Virus record (IMG/VR): IMGVR_UViG_3300007177_000160
Span: 32,001 to 96,000 of that record
DNA length: 64,000 nt
Reading direction: 5' to 3' (one strand)
Source of the DNA: a virus
Position 1 is the stretch's first letter. The number at the start of each line of letters is the position of its first letter. Shown piece by piece: positions 37,601 through 49,800 of this stretch. The notes beneath the pieces are model-generated. The model saw only the letters and a list, made by a program, of their open reading frames with translations, was not told where the DNA came from and did not search any database. The position numbers were made by a program, and so were the translations under genes.

Positions 37601-37775
37601 GAGATTCCATTACATCTTCATCAGTAATTGAATTAGAAGCAGCCAAGTTATAATACTTGGCTGGGACTTCTCCTTGATATTTATTCCAAAGATAGTATGC
37701 GGACTCAGGTACTATAGATTCGAGCAAACGAAACTTCTTTGCTACTTCTGGATCATTTAGATTAGGGCAGATCAT
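31635..37775 (-). CDS. large virion cargo/ejection protein with zincin-like motif
   Basis: 2046 aa next to the vRNAP; N-terminal MICPNLNDP; WHEFGH (36822-36836) and downstream EEV. Confidence 0.85.
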   Translation of the reverse strand: MICPNLNDPEVAKKFRLLESIVPESAYYLWNKYQGEVPAKYYNLAASNSITDEDVMESRAPVETVIARYLRQEISSDLVESLRNDRNFLAAQTKYEARQIAYRRILELEQARIGGRKSIRMQGNFIFHVNNPNSSKSFSRESLWSYANRTANEINTRYNLFGGQQIAWARQEPNGTTYVELEVTTDFADNIVRVADTVTEEEVRAEFELIELQESLNKERAAIAEKLIQGNELLIDGEVLPLNGEFAQRVIIEKAAISEANVERYTNTLNKLVSRFPGVTWKWDSSIPGAGKIDMNTGVVLLNPYFINDETPWHEFGHILVRGIKQTNPELFESLKREVIKLHDENPTMSAKTLVESLYPDYTGDKFWEEVITTELGRQAADFSPKTGIFAKIKKFFTDLLASLGMYGAEPKNLSDLVKSLHDPDASFEFYPKSPELSDYMESRLLSPEQQDAITIYVKKDPNAPNEFQTAAEQIKLITEAITESDMGRMIERNKYFAAEELRKSESLPAAGDILNKNKGRLVATLTKEDVAEAVLDFAEYVRYMTIYLNSIQRHIAALQKATDIPPGKKLGDYHRAYLQAQAVKKQIDALLGVVANPNKGLFGPELRESIEQAKNNPALFKNHPIAKALFWMQQSVNTIISNHEGLIQEPVLEELEEYFKEAAENLKTVYNNDINNFMSRLTPDNYDVTGQSLPTDPNVRATNVSTIGSGVDLKMRVSFNDGTERDYSLGEFTKQFSLKSKAVERLINKASNLQKEFDKNVPTKDNIRKQLSDTNSTWFAALDTASTTKNAGIQIIATYLQGLDSDYRASLVGMRGELERLTDEVFDAQGPQFAGSIVDSKTFYDGMYREVPLYEVVDGKLVTDKIVLALNNSTDTIAMRNRMTELKFIIDYSMNEIADLDPNDNSTQAQARRLAVTQKIEQAAEDLKEFQAKYTERPFTDEYYEIQEQLPQDIRDRRNELYRAMAASRASFVSADTVDYDDYQLLRSYQKELDDMESFYDTNGNLKPENSEGYRVAKAIYDWKNLRRANQVVEFPPLNQETQELFQAALNSKKAELTNALAAASTPAEKQAAYDDYNRWLDIYTRTIYKQEFYDERQAIIDQIQEILGEQGPQLKTAYESLFNLLLGKKDRDGHYKPSEINDNVRRTAKAIEEEIENIKAIDKSKSPLSKQDKEDLKDLFAELQDLQSSTNSKYYEETVASIKASLRTQITGANPTLETADIEELVHKAFRESQWFQDNHIIKSRYDKDIQQMVSVYEPLYFWRVTVPNNPSYVDKEAPSFYWYTPKVSEQFRNPKYSPGNVTFKETTSGPYYNASYANLSAQQKSALENLRAFYYKSQEGNYAKDKPGDVLPGVYKTGAENAIDLVTGRANPLANIIEESKNFVLGARTAMSDVDETTEEDQLDPYGNPIERESRKLFIRYSKPLPIEQQSYDLLRSIGLYAESSARFKSLRNLQSTVLAMEEVYENLSGIKEGGVVRDLIDRQFYGKVVNNPKHIGGKIMNAIFNIVGRLAGSKSLAYNVISAPVNQFTGYKNNLIFTKSNGLTYANYLAAYKETFGLSYDFFTSHNQTGMQPLRMQIIDFFGGTQANYSEDFAKLTNRGLRRYSKFWRAVGTYREYTEYDIAAMTTFAFLDKYNVTADDGTIYKLKDAFELVDGVLSIKPNIKISPAFLQKIRDDIRLANYRAQGVYDKLGQPTVAKYSLVRQLLFLKKWMPQHLKTEWGGGTIHYGSGIKTIGAHRAFGRFLQETFYENGKFWTGYQNLTAAERAGLQQFGLNYGMFVMFANAIGAMSAYMNCEDDGEANWKDYFCFFSKKINNEVEGVFTIWGANEFLFTYLRENANGIGGFEKFGWSLFGPFSVFRKFADFDGGLYSTDPYYKYRPNSSKIDWDRTHPTQAGKPGLQVLAMELLGARGLSLGLDAQSMDYQNRAFNSYMPKTYTRDLRTRYKENYGGVETMKTRTIGGQLKLQYKKQLKEIQKKMQAYTSSGREVPASIYEEMTDLQTRFAKAVSEMDARKDTDRTYTPALFRPYFLTREGLDITEEF

Positions 37776-37780
37776 TATTA

Positions 37781-37788
37781 CAAATATA
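37781..37788 (-). promoter_or_regulatory. -7 promoter element TATATTTG
   Basis: 5 nt upstream of ATG 37775. Confidence 0.55.
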
Positions 37789-37803
37789 AATGGTAATTAA
37801 AAA

Positions 37804-40800
37804 TTAACTTCCGCCTTTACAGAAATTCTTAAAGGCTTCGTTTTGTTCTGATAACTCATTAAAGGAAGCTTTGATTGCTTCTGCACGAATAGCTTCATAG
37901 TTTTCAGGAATCACATCTAAGTTGGCAGCGCTAGCTACAGTGGTCATAGACACAATAGGTTTGGCATCTCGCACCTCAAACATTTTTGGTAAGACTACAT
38001 TATCTCCGATTAAGTTAATGTGCTTAGCAAAAATAGTTTTTATTTGACTAGGTGTCCAACCTGCAAGCTTTATTCCTATTTCAGTTACTAAAAACTCTAA
38101 TTCAGGATTTTGACGTGCTGTTTCAAGCATAGCTACTATAGAATTTTCTACTACAGATAGACTTACGCTGCGTTTGTTGCCTATGCGTACTACTTGCTCA
38201 CCTTGATTATTAGTGTCGACCTGTGCATACTTTGTAATTACACCAAAAGATTTTCCTTGTTGGCCTTCCATAAGTTGATTTACGACACCGTACTCAGCCC
38301 ACATACCTCTAGTGCCTTTATCATACACCGTGTAGTTTGCTTGTGCATTGCCAAACATTGCATATCCAGCCCCACCTGCTCCATGATGGCCCGCAGTATT
38401 AGCACCAAATACAAATACTTGATTAGGCTCTAACTTAGTAATTTCTTTTGGAGTGTATTTACGTTGTTTAATTGCTTCTTGTCTAACAGGACTAATTGGC
38501 ATATTTGCAGTTAGAGGCATTACTCTACGCATTGTTATAGTAACTCTGTAGGAACCTGGCTCATAAGTCTTGCCATCAATTGCAGTAGTTAATTCAGGCA
38601 GAAAACTGTCTTGGGGTTTAGGAAAAGTTCTATGGAATACTTGTCTATTTACTCCATTTACTCCAAAAACATAAGCACTTCCAGCTTGAAGACTGAGCAT
38701 CTTAGGAGTTTCATTTCTAAACTCAATAGAAAAGTTACCTGTACCTCCAAGATTAATTCCTATCACAGGATAATTAACTGCAGATAAACTTTCATCAACG
38801 TCGTTATGAGAACTTATAAAACTATCTGCCTCGTATAAATTAATAATAGCACCGTCATAATGCGTCATATCAACTCCAGACGCTTTCTGCATTAACTCGC
38901 GGAATCTAGGACTAATAGGAGCTAAAGGTTGATTATTTATTGAGGTATTATAGTAACCGTATTTAGTTTTATTCGCGGGATTAATAGGATCAGGAATATT
39001 AATGGCCTGTTTATCAGGATTATTGGATTTATAATCCCATCTTAATCCTAATCCAATCATCTTACTAGCAGATTTACCTTTGTTTGTTTTAGCTGCTTGG
39101 CTCTCTAGATAAGGTTTTAAATAATTAAATAATTCTAATTGTTCTTCTTTTGTAAGAGCACCTTGATTTAAGTAAATACCTTCACTTACTTTCTCGCCTT
39201 TTAGTCCAATATTAGCTTGTTGTGTAGTATTAATTTGAGATATTTCTTCACCCTTAAACGTAGGAGTAATAGAATCACGGAACAAATCGTAATCTTTAAA
39301 GTAAAGTAGGTCTTTGTTGGTTCCGTATTTACCTCGTAACTCTGGGTGGTTAGCTAAGAATCTATCCAAGAACTTAGAGATAAAAGTATTGCTTCCTGTT
39401 AATAAAGAGGAAAGTTTATCTTGTAGTATATCGTTTACTACATCAGTGTAGTCTGCTGCATCAGTAACTAAGTATTCGGCTGCTTCTTTAGTAACTTCTT
39501 TTGTTTCTTGTTGAGTTACGAACTGATAAACGATGTCACTTACCTGATCGAATGTGTTGTTCATCTCTTCAGTAAAGTTTTCGATGATACTTGACATACG
39601 AGTTGTGTAGATTGACTCAGGGATATAAGGCAAATAAGAATCGTATTTCTTATTAAGCTGAGATCCTATAATCCCTGCGTAACCATAAGCCAAGAAGAAA
39701 GATTGCATATCTCTTTGAAGTTCTGCGTCCTCTTCGTTATCTGGATTTAAATTAGGATGTGACCAATTTAAACCAGACTCAAACTCTTCACGTAAGATAT
39801 TTACAGAATCTTCTGCATCTACGCTAGAGAATCCTGTGCGGATAAAGGCTGAGCTTTCTTCGGTAGCAAAAGATACTCCGTCGAAGATTAAATTGTCTGA
39901 AGCAATTTTACGCTCAAACAAACGAGCTTTTAGATTCTCATAAATAGCTACGATGTTTCCTGGATTTCTTTTATCCAACAAAGATTCTATCTCAGCAACT
40001 TGTGGTACATTGTTTCTGAACAATGCATACAACAAATCATTCTTGAATATACGAGAAAACTGGTCGTAGTTTAATTCAGGATTAGCTTTCTTAACAGCAG
40101 AGTATGCAGTAGTGATTAGTGTTCCTAACTTGCTACTAGCAGATATTGGGAATATTTTCTCAAACGAGTTAAAGATTTCTTCTTGAATCTGGAAAGGAGA
40201 AACAACACTCTCACTAATTACTCTCTTTACTCCGTCTTCGTTAAAGAACTTTTCTTTAATCAATAGGCGCAACTCATTCGCTCCCTTACGGAAAGCTTCA
40301 AAGTTCTGTGGGGAGAAAGTATCAAAGTCTGTATTAGATGAAAGAGTAAATAATTTTGACTGCTGGTCTTTAACACTCAAGAAACTAACGAATCTAATAA
40401 GATTACCATAACTTGTAGTATCATTTAATACTATTGATGGATTTTCTTCAATGATATCAGCAACTAATGCTTTTAGTTTAGATAGTTTAAAGTTACCAAA
40501 GTTGCCTATAGATTTTGAAAGTAACTCTACTTCAGGTAAAGTTTCATAGTTTTCATTGCTCCAGGCTGTTGACTTTTCATAAATATCACTAAGTATGCTT
40601 TGTATAAATTCAGAGTCACTCATACGAGCATTACCTCTACCATAGGTAATAATACTGCTATTTGACGGTTTAGTTTCTCCAGCTGCTGTATAATTTAAGT
40701 TTACTAACTTAACAATATCAGCAAAACTAGAACCTACTCCGACCATGTAGTTAGTCACGGGGTTGATTCGCACGTTTAAGTTAATCCAAGCAACTTGGTC

Positions 40801-43800
40801 TTCTTTTTCAATATCTACGTGTGCAGTGATTAACTGTCCAGTTAGATCTCCAATACGAACTCCGTCTACTCCAAAAGACTTACTAAAGTCTAGAATACCC
40901 TCAGCTTTACCGTTAGCGTTTAAAGGATAGGCTTTAACCGCTTTTTTATCTACTACACGCAAGTTAGCTTTCTGTAAGATAGCAAACAATACGTTCATCT
41001 TTGCATCCTGCCCCAAAGCCTTCTTAAATGAGTTTAAACGGTGTACATATAATTGATAGATAGGATTAACAATATTAGTGTACGAAGCTTTAGTCCATTC
41101 ATTCTGAATACCAAACTCTTTTGCTAATTTTTTAATCACATCTGAACTATTAGGTTTTAATAGTTTATCAAATACATCAGGTTGAGTTAATCTTTCACTT
41201 ACCGCAACAAGCAAACTATTAGTCATACGATTCCGTGTTCCTTTAATTTCATTAGTAAGGAACTGGTTTCTTTTAGATAGTGAGTTAATTTGACTACCTA
41301 ACGCATTAATTGCTTGGCTTAGTCCTTCGTTTTTGGCTTCTTTTAGAGCTTGTCTAACACGCTTTATCTCATCGTTAATCTCACGAGCTTTTGTAGTTAC
41401 AGGAGCAGATACTCCCGACATACGCTCGCGAATTAACTCAGCTAAAGTTTCCTTATCCATCTCTTCAAGTTCTAGTTCATCTTCAGAAATTGTATCAGCT
41501 GCTTTTAATTTTGCGTATAGTTCTTTTAGACGAACTGCATTAGGATCAAAACCATACTTCTCAATAATCTTAGCTACATCAGCAGCCAAAGCATTACGTT
41601 GAGCCAAAGTTTCTTTTAGGATAATCTTATTATCTGCTAACTCTTCTTTTAATTCTTTCTCGTATTCAAATGCTTCTTCAGCACTCATATCATTTACGCG
41701 GAAAGAACCATCGGCTTCTAGGAATGGGTCGTAACAGAACAACTTATCAATATCAAAGTCAGAACCTGACTTAATAACCATTTCATCAGGAACCAAAATA
41801 ATTTCCCCTGATTCTTCGGGTAAAAACTCAACGATTTCAAAATTCTCCATTGAGTTATAATCCTGACCAGGTACACGAATTGCAGCAATAGTTAAAGCTT
41901 TGTCTAATATATCTGCATACTTGCTTCTAAATAGAGGATTAGCTATCGCTTCATTTAATCTTTGAACAGCAGAAAATAAGTTAACAGGCTTTCCGAACTC
42001 ATCAAACTGTCCAATAGGTTTACCATTGTACTGTAAATTTAATAACGGATAGAAACCTTTTGAGAAAGAAACAATGGTTTCTGCTTTAGTTACTTTTCCA
42101 TCAACTAAGTCGTAGTATTTTAATGTTCTTCCTGGACGAATTAAAGATACTGGATACTGAACACGCTGTGCTCCTGGAACTTTCTGTTTAATGATAGCGT
42201 TCTTTAAAGAAGCAATCATTGTGCTTTCCATAATAGTTCTATCTACAAAAGCATCTAATGTATGTTTTAGTTGTCCGTTCTCTTTTAATTGAATTAAATC
42301 TTTAGTAGCCTCAGCTATATTCTTTTTAGATAATTCAGAAACAATAAAGTTTACTAACTTCTCTTGGTCTTCAATTTTAGATAAGAATTTAACTTTGTCA
42401 AAGTCAACTAAGTTTTCAATAGCTGTGCGGTACTCTTGGTATAACTCTTCACTCTCTGCAGGACTGTCTTTAAATAATAGTTTTCTAAACTGAGTACTAA
42501 AGATAGTCATGAATGTTTCTTTGTTCTCAATTAAAACTTGTTCTTTTAAGTACTGAGTATCAATTTTACCTACAGAGTTTGGAACATAGTTTGAGTTGAC
42601 TGAGCCGTCGCTATTAAATAAAGAGATTGGGTCTACAGTTTCGGCAATCTTAGTACCAGAACTAAATACTGCATAATCCGCAGATGATGCATGTAATTTT
42701 TGTAAGATAGAACCTAAAATAGGATCTCCTACAACTTCTGAAGGTAAGATAGGCTTAACAGAGTATTTATGGAATACAGGAATAGTTTTGTCTCCTACTA
42801 AGTTATGACCTGCGTACTGAAGTTTTTTAATAGTAAACGTGTAGTAAGGGCCTTCATTAAGTGCATTTTCTAATTCAGCCTGTACGTTTTCTCCACGTTG
42901 AGACTGTAGGTATAAAGCGTAAATACGATTTTGTCTATCAATCTCTTTCTTCATAGCTAAAGTAAGTCCAGTAGACATAGCATAGAAGTTTGCGTAGAAG
43001 TCTAATGTAGAAAATGCAGCAGCATCTTGTTTCTTTGCATCGGTATTATTTACATAATAACTAGCTAAGGTTACAGATTCTCCTGTAGCAGGGTCTACTA
43101 CTTTAGTTTGATACGCTGGACTGTTTTTAGCTGTTTGAGAATCAACACTCGTATCTTTTAGAACCAAGTAAGAGATTTTAGTTACATCGGTATTTAAATC
43201 AGGATTTACTTCTACCTTATTCTCGCCTAGTGCATTGTTATGCTCTAGGAAAGCTTTACGCTGGCTAAAGCCTGACTTATTTATTTCTTGAATATTTTGT
43301 TCGTCTAATAAAGCATAGCTACCGTAAGCGTTCCAAGCAGACAAACGCTTTTCAATATCTTTAGCATTTTTATAATAGTAAGGATGACCGAAGAATAACT
43401 TATGCTGCTCTATTCTAGAGAACATAGAAAATATATGGTAGCGAATTAAATCCCCATCTGATACAGTAGCAGTGTTTGAATCAAAAGCATTGTTTAAAAT
43501 ACCTTTACTAACATCGACACTCTTAGCTATATAGTTTGTGTACTGTTGTTTAACGCTGGCTAATAAATCAGGATTTATCTGCCCTAAAGCAGTAGATAAA
43601 CCACTAGGAGCCACATTTGCAAAGTAATTATACAATTCAATACGGGTAGCTTCATCAAAGATATCTTCAAAGTAAGTTAGTCTAGGTTTAGTATTTTCTT
43701 TATCTAAGAAAGGACTTACTTTAAAGAAAGGATTGCGAGAGTCGGCATACTTTTTAGCAACCTGTATTTCTGAATAAACATTAGGTAGAAGTATTGAATA

Positions 43801-46800
43801 AGTAACAGAGTCTGGAATAACTACTTTTCCTGGAGTATTAAAAGCATCATTATCGAAACCTAATTCTTTTAATAAGCTAGTAGGCATTACCAAAGATCTC
43901 GTGGTAGATTTACCCGATAAACGGTTTAATTCTTCTACGCCACGTTTAATAAAGCCCTGTATCTCACTGAAGTGTTTAAGGGACTCGGTAGAGTCTACAG
44001 TTTTAGTTGCATTGTCTTCTGTTTTAATTCCAAGTAAACTAGCAATCTCAGCAGTACGAGGTGTACCATCAGTTTCTACATTACGCTCACCAGTTACGAC
44101 ATTAAATAAATAATTTAAAAGTAAAGAGTAGTTACCGCCCCCATTAAAACTAGAATTTAACTGCGGATATGCTGCCAATAAAGATGGTAAAGTAGGATAC
44201 TTTTGGTAGTCGTTCATTGCAGCTACTATACGAGTCATATACGTATGAGGAGTAACTGACCACACTTTTTTATTAAGTGCGTTGAATTGCATATCATTTG
44301 CGTATTCAACATTCACTTTAATTTCAGCATCAACTAATTTGTAAAGAGAACGTACTTCAGAGTTAACATTCTTGCCTTCAGAATCTTTATGAGTACCTCT
44401 TAAAACTTCCAAAGGTTTGTAGATAAGACCAGTTTCTGTAGACTGTGCAAAGCTTTGAATCTTATTGTAGATTAACTTAACATCAGACTGTAAGTCTTTC
44501 GCGCTTCTAGTTAAGATTGTTTGCTTAGCCAACTCAGTAAAGTTAAAACCAAGTGGCTCTAGAAGATTTAATAGTTGAAGCTTGTACTCATTAAGTGTTT
44601 CTTCTGTGACAGAAACTCCTGCAGGAATAGCAGGAATTGCGTAGTCTGCAAAGTATTTGTCTGTATTTAAGTAATAACTTCCTGTTTTTGGGTCTACTAG
44701 CTTATATAAACCTGGGGATGAAGTAAATACATTATCCCACATTTTAGAAAGGTTTAATACATCAGAAGTTTTTGCTTTATAAATTTGGAAGTCTACAAAT
44801 GAATCTCCGTTTTCATTTTCTACTACTCGAATTTCTTTAATGAATCCATCTACATAAGGCATAGCAAATGTATTGTAGAATAGATTTTTAAAGTTTAAAG
44901 TAGATTGCTTTACATTAGCTTCTTTAGGGTTAGGCAAGTAAGCTAACAATGCGCGGAACTGAGGTTGTTCTTTAGATAATTGAGTTAAACGATTATAAAG
45001 TTCCTCGTAAGAGTTTGAACCAGATAAAGTTCTTTGTAAACTATTCCAGTTTAAATCAAAACTGCCTACAGTATTTACTCCAAAGACATTATCCTTAACA
45101 GGTCTGCGATTCTTGTAAAGAGGTAAACTCTTAATAGCAGAAATAATTAAAGGATGCGCTGTAGTCTTCTGAGACATTTCCTCAATAGAAGTTTCTAAAC
45201 GAGCAAACTCTCTAAGCGGACCAGTTTCCTGTTCGTCCTCTACTACTTCTTCTATAGCTATTTTTCTTATTTTATCACTAAACAAAGGAGAGTTAGCTTT
45301 AAAGAAAGTAAATAGAGTATTAGAGTTGGTATATAAAAGAGATGTGTAGTTAAACTTACGAGTTGCAGCTGCAGTAGGATTTTCTTCTACTTTAGCAGCA
45401 TACCGTGTGCGAGCTTCTCCTATCAGTCTGTGCATCTCTTGTAACACTGCTTTAGTTAATTGAGGATTCTCAACAACGTTTACAAAACTTGCTCCGTAAG
45501 GCTGACCTAGTTTAGCGGCAACATCAACAAACAAAGAATCCATTTGGGTTAGAATCTGCTGACTCTCACGGAAACTAAATACTTTGTCTGTATTGTCTGG
45601 GTGTTTTACTACAAGCTTAGCACTGTATAAAGTTTTAAAGTAACCTGCATCCTCATTACGAGTGTAGGAACTAATGTTACCTTTGTATAACTGAGAGAAG
45701 TATTTGTCTACAGTTAGTTTATCAGTAAAGAAACCTGTTAAGAAATCCCAAATTTTCTGGAAGATATTCTTAGTGCTTTCGTACTTAGCAATCTCGCTTG
45801 GCATTTCAGTACCATTGCTTAAAGCAAATTGACGGAAAGACTCGGCTAGCTTCTCTTCTAATTCTACTAAAGGAAGTTCTCCATAAATCTTTCTTGCTTC
45901 TGCGTATAAAGCTTCACGCTGTGCAGGGGTTAAATACATTTGAGAAAACTCGTGCCAAGCTTCGTGGTATGCTTCTGCGTAGTTAGCATCTGCAAACAAA
46001 GTTATAGCTGCTTTAGACCAAGTAGCATAAGCTAGAGGATGGCGTAAGGTTTTATCAAAAATAAACTTAGTATTCTTAAAGATAGGGTGACTATTTACCC
46101 ACTCTTCTGCTGCTTTATTTTGAGCCTCAGTAATATCATTCTCTAACTCTAAAGACCTAAAGAAATCGTCTTCAAAAGGATTTGGAATGTTTGCTGGTGG
46201 TGGCTGGTCCCAAGGATCTCTAAAGTCAAAGGTATCACTAGAAAATTCATCTTGTGCAAACTCTTTTGATGCTGCACGTTCTTCCTTAGCAATAATTCCT
46301 CTTATGCCGTCATACTTTGGATTTTTCTTAGGATTAAATCTTCCATAGACTGTATCTATGTTGCGAGAATTTATTGTACCAATACCTCCAGGATAAGTAG
46401 TCATAAAGTCTACTAACTCCGAAGGACTTACTTCACGACCAATTCGATCTTCAATAAGTTGAGCAATTTGGTCTAAACCTAATATACTAGTTGCAGGGGT
46501 ACTTCTTTTGGGGAAATACGTCTTCTTAATTTTATCTCCGTAAACTCCGTCTAAACTATTTTTATCACCAAAGCGAATGAAAGATTGTTTGCTGGTTATA
46601 AATGCACCACCAAATAAACTATCGATAGCTGCCTGTAAGTCATTTAAGAAAGACCCTGTACGGAATGCTTCTAAATCAACTTGGTATTCTTGATACATTT
46701 CAGCCTGGGCTCTTTGTATAGCCTCTCTGCGCTCATTAGCATCTTGTATTCTTCTGGAAGGGAGTTGTGCAGCCTCTTCAGCTTCTTCGGGAGTTAGTTG

Positions 46801-49800
46801 AGGTTGATCTACAAATAAGTCTAGTTGTTTTTCTAATTGCTCTAGTTGCTCTTCAGGAATTTCAACAGTTTCTGCTTCAATAATAGCTGTGCTTGGAATA
46901 TCAGAAACTAAAGGAACTTCAGGTAATACATCTTCAAATCCTTTCTCTGCATTTGAGATAGTGCTTTCTATTGTAAGTTCTGGACTTAAAGCAAAACGAG
47001 AATTACCACGCATTATTACTTGTGCACCAAACTCAGGACTAAGAACTAATGCTTCGTAGTTAGGGAAACTCTTTAATCTTATTCCATTTTGTTCATAAAG
47101 CAATGTAGAAGGTTGATTTGTAGTAAGCGATTGCTTACTTACCATATAGCGTAAGTTAGCAAAAGCCCCACGAATTAGCCCAAGCTGAACTTCTTCGCTA
47201 CCAGTAATAGCTTGATACTTACCGTTCTTATTTTTCTTTTTAAATACTAATTTGTTGTTCTGCGTAGAACCTAAAATTAATCCTTGAGTGTCTGCATTAA
47301 AGTAGAAAAGATTTTCTAAATAAGATTTAAATGCTTCTGCACTCTCGTAGATTTCAGAAGGTAGTCCTGTAGGAAGAATACCATTATTAAATGCGTCTAC
47401 TAGTTTAATTAAAAAATCAGGACTTGCTTGTGGGAGTTTTACAGGTTGGTACTGATAAGGGTCGCCAGCAATCTCCACATAGGTATAACCTGGATTTAAA
47501 ATAAACTTACCAAATGGAGTAGCGTATTCTTCGGCTGTAGTTTCAAAGTGAACATACACCTTAGCTTTTTTCAAGTCTGATACAGCTACTTGCTTAGAGG
47601 AAGCTAATCCAATAATGTCTGCTGTAACAAATCCGTTCTCTCCTAAAGACTCTACAGTGTTTCTAAGCTGAAGTTCTGCTTGATTAACGTTTAGATGTTT
47701 TTTAGTCTTTAAAGCCGCAAGAACTGGAATATCATCAATAGATCCCTCTAAACCATTTTCTCTAAAGTAGACAGGGTTTAAATTACTATCTACAATTAAA
47801 CTCATAATCCCAGAACCAATCTCTTTAGGATTTGATACTAGATATTTAATAAAGTCATTATTATGTAGAGGAATACCTTTTACTTGTAAAGCAGAACGCA
47901 ATAATCTTTCTTCTTCACTAGTAAGTTTTCTATTTAACTGCTGTAAGTTTTCTAATAACTCGATAGAGTCTGGAAGTAACTTACGATAAATATTCATGGT
48001 ACTTGCCATGTATGCTTTATACGCAGGTTTAGCCTCACGGCTTTCTGCATATACAGCCAGAACTCTTTGGATAAAAGAAACATTAGGATCGTCAAGTAAC
48101 GACTTATTATCTTGGGAGATACTAGTCATACTTAAAGTCAAACTAAATGGACCTTCTACTAATTCAAGACTAAGTAACTGTTGACCTACTTCCTGATTAG
48201 TTTGATCTGGAACAACTACAGGTTCTTCATTAATTACTAACTCAGGCTGCATTGTTGGAGCAACTTCAGTAGGAGTTACCTCAGCTTCAGGCGTAGGATT
48301 TAATAATGTTGATATATGTTTACCTAATTGACTAACAAAAGTGTTTGATGGGCCATTAGGTAATCCTAAAATCAAAGAAGTATCAAGGGAACCTTGCTCT
48401 GCTTTATTTATAAAGTCGGTAATCTTTGCTTCATTACCAGGGAAAGCAGCAACAAGAATACTATAAATATTAGTTAAGTCTGATTCATCTTTAATATCAG
48501 CTAGTAATCTAGAACGAAACTCACTGACAATTTGACTGCGTTCTTCTGGATCTAAGTTAGTATTACTTAAAGTATTATTTAATTCATTTACTAAAGCTGA
48601 GTATTGTTGATACAAATCAGCATTTACAGGATGTAAATCTACGTCTACGTCTTGTAAATTAATTTCCTCACCTAATGGTGACGCAGGATCTACTTCTACT
48701 GGTTGTCCTGCTTGTGCAGCGGCTAGTGCTTCAGCTTCTCTTGCGGCTTGTTCTTCTTGTTGTCTTTTAGCTTCTGCCTCGGCTTGTGCAGCTTGGAAAG
48801 CAGAACCTTGAAACGAACTGTTAACAGGCTGACTTTTTGCAGCTTCAGTAGCTAACGTATTTGCATTTTGAATTGCAACTAAGTCGTAGGTGCCGTCTTC
48901 GTCCTTTGCAAAGTAATAATCGTTATTTCTAATCTGTGCTACTCTAGTGCTAAGAGTATCCTTACCGTTTTTAGCAATTCTTTGTTTATTCTTCTGTAAC
49001 TCAATTGCTAAATTAAAAATCTGAGTTTTAGACAAGTTAGGATGTAGTGCTGCATTAACTTCCCCAGATTCAATTTCTTCTGGAGTTAATTGAGCCATAG
49101 CCATTCTTGTTTGTTGAATAGACTTTAATTCTAAGTTTTGTAAGTTCTTACTAACCTCCTGTAAAAATACATCGGGGTTTGTATACACAGAACGCTCCAA
49201 CATCAAAGCCTTAATTCTGTCTACAATAGGTTTTGTAGGCATAAAAGGAACACTAACTCCCTGAGCGCCTTCTGAAAGCATCTCAGGCATTGGTCCTTCT
49301 AGTGCAGATAAGTTAGCAAGTGGATATCCAAAAACTTCTGCAAAAGTCTGTAACTCTAAGTTGGTTAAAGACTCGGGACTGTTCTCTGCTTGATTAACAA
49401 AGTTAGCTACTCTGTCATTTAAGTTCGCCAGTACACTATTATAGAAGTCGTTATAGTTTTCTTTTAGGAAATCAAACTCTGGAGTTTGTTTTTTATTTAA
49501 GTTATTGATAACGGGATTTAAACCAGCAGCCATCTGTAGCATCTCTGCCATTGAGACTTCCCCTAATTTATCTTTACGCTGTTCAAATACTCTCTTTAAG
49601 TTTGCTTGTTTTTCCTGCTCCGTTAATGCTTTGTTTTGAGAAATTAATTGACGAGTGCTTAGTACTTCATTAGTAACCTGGGTAGTCATTGCTTCATACT
49701 CAGCTAATTGTTCAGGAGTAAAGTTTGAAGTATCTGTTCCTAATAAATCTTCTTGGTGAAGAAGGTTATTAAAGTAACTGTATTGTCTTTCTCTATCTAC

